From contig JAWOHM010000130.1 of assembly GCA_046485165.1 (NCBI GenBank), positions 1 through 41,286 on the forward strand: a stretch of 41,286 bases of DNA, given 5' to 3'. The stretch comes from Thermoplasmata archaeon (GTDB taxonomy: Archaea; Thermoplasmatota; Thermoplasmata; SG8-5). Of the stretch, positions 40,083 through 41,286 are shown in pieces; the stretch's first letter is position 1, and each line of letters opens with the position of its first letter. Below the pieces are notes generated by a model that did no database searches, was not told where the DNA came from, and saw only the letters and a program-made list of their open reading frames with translations. A program made the translations under genes and the position numbers.

Positions 40083-40177
40083 GATTGTAGATTTATGATT
40101 TAACGATGCTGGCTGTTCTCAACAGCCAGCACATCCCGTCGTAGCAATGTAATGGCATAAACCTAAGATCTAAAATT
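40083..40177 (+). repeat. Heptamer-flanked MITE-like repeat, copy A4
   Basis: GATTGTAGATTTA.., GCTGGCTGTT-ctc-AACAGCCAGC; ~50 bp nearly identical to the A2 right half. Confidence 0.8.
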
Positions 40178-41153
40178 TCGTTGCCTCCATGAAGGTCACA
40201 ACGAGATCCCTCTGGAGCTCATCACCGTATTCTGCCCGGACCCGCTTTTCGAACAATTCCAGGTTCTTTTCAAAATCCCCATCCGGAACAAGCGCCAGCG
40301 TGGAGATGTACCTCCGACGGAAACGATCGATCAAGGCATCAACCTTTGTCGTAACCGGGTCCGTTCTCATGATATGCCCCCTCACTTCCGCGAATCCCTG
40401 ATTGCGCGCATGCCACTTGAGCTCGGGGACAGGCATGAACCTCTCCAAGTCTATTCTGACCAGTCCGGGGAAATGTCTCATGATGTGCTTCCTTATCCTT
40501 GAATGCGATACCGTGGCCACAAGGAGGCGGCCGCCCGGCCTCAGCACCCGATGTGCTTCCGATATTGCCCATGGCTCATCATCAACATGTTGGAGTACCA
40601 GAATCATCATGACCGTGTCGAAGGCAGAGTTCCCGAACGGGAGGTTCAACACATCCCCCCTCACCCATTTCCCGCGGGCTTTCTTGTTGGCGACCGAGAG
40701 CATCCCCGGGGAACGGTCCAGCCCGAAGATATCGGCTTCGCAAGCCCCAGATATTCCCATTGTGTGATTTCCCGTGCCGCAGCCAGCATCCAGCACAAGG
40801 CATCCGGCCCTTATGTGCCCCCATCGGATCATGGATTGTGCGTATAGTGCGTCAGTCGGGGCATTGTTTCTCATGTTGTCGAACTCTCTCGAAGCCACAT
40901 CATAGTTCGTTTTTGGTTTCGGTTCCCACCCAGCCATACGCAGCAGATGAAAATATTCCCCCCTCTCGAATGAAAGGTCAATGGGAGGTGCCGTGAAGTA
41001 TCCCGCTTCCGCGGTCTCATCAGTCTCCGGTTTAGGCCTTCCCGACACCCTGCATGAGAAGAGGGCCAGATTCCCGTTCTCCAGCTCCGCAACCCCGCAG
41101 TCCTTCCAGTTCCGCCCTTCCAGGCCGGTCTCCTCGCGGAACTCGCGCTTGGC
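40170..41153 (-). CDS. NUDIX domain (5'-truncated) fused to class I SAM methyltransferase
   Basis: VLDAGCGTG, GDVLNLPF, RVLRPGG. The same frame upstream of 41048 reads AKREFREETGL, the second half of a NUDIX box. Confidence 0.8.
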   Translation of the reverse strand, partial: AKREFREETGLEGRNWKDCGVAELENGNLALFSCRVSGRPKPETDETAEAGYFTAPPIDLSFERGEYFHLLRMAGWEPKPKTNYDVASREFDNMRNNAPTDALYAQSMIRWGHIRAGCLVLDAGCGTGNHTMGISGACEADIFGLDRSPGMLSVANKKARGKWVRGDVLNLPFGNSAFDTVMMILVLQHVDDEPWAISEAHRVLRPGGRLLVATVSHSRIRKHIMRHFPGLVRIDLERFMPVPELKWHARNQGFAEVRGHIMRTDPVTTKVDALIDRFRRRYISTLALVPDGDFEKNLELFEKRVRAEYGDELQRDLVVTFMEATKF

Positions 41154-41286
41154 CGGAGAAGAGAATGCTCCTGGCCGCTTTGGGCGGAATCAACCAGGCA
41201 GGCTCGCTCGCGTTGATCCTGCCATTCCTGGAGGACGCCGCCATCCGCGCCGAAGCCTGTGTCGCTGCGGTCAACGTCGCCGAGAA
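41153..41286 (+). other. Foreign HEAT-repeat-like coding fragment (probable chimeric contig end)
   Basis: + frame reads PEKRMLLAALGGINQAGSLALILPFLEDAAIRAEACVAAVNVAE and replaces the expected NUDIX N-terminus. Confidence 0.5.

Noticed and set aside
41032-41274. 80-aa minus-strand ORF
   Set aside because: Wrong frame relative to the NUDIX motif and spans the suspected junction.

Overview
About 41 kb of archaeal chromosome. Nop5, an archaeal class I CCA enzyme, split GcvPA/PB, TrmI and an archaeal type IV pilus cluster suggest a Thermoplasmata-like lineage (inferred). Coding content: a type IV pilus locus (pilin-like gene, 2 ATPases, 2 TadC/T2SSF), two TPR proteins, a FolC-endonuclease III fusion next to purH, a CPBP protease, a Cas4-like nuclease with transmembrane helices inserted, mtnA, nop5, cca, an S-layer-like protein, trmI, gcvPA/PB, a giant (~3300 aa, frameshifted) repeat surface protein, a GNAT and a NUDIX-methyltransferase fusion cut by a probable chimeric junction. 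The main unexplained signal is non-coding: most larger intergenic gaps hold densely base-paired elements. These are two homologous ~270-340 bp elements (13.8-14.1 kb, 25.7-26.05 kb), tentatively orphan IS110-type bridge/seek-RNA-like modules; a ~460 nt multi-helix RNA candidate (49-506); two further hairpin clusters; and four copies of a heptamer-flanked ~100-130 bp MITE-like element with a covarying hairpin. No transposase, recombinase, reverse transcriptase or CRISPR array is in the window.
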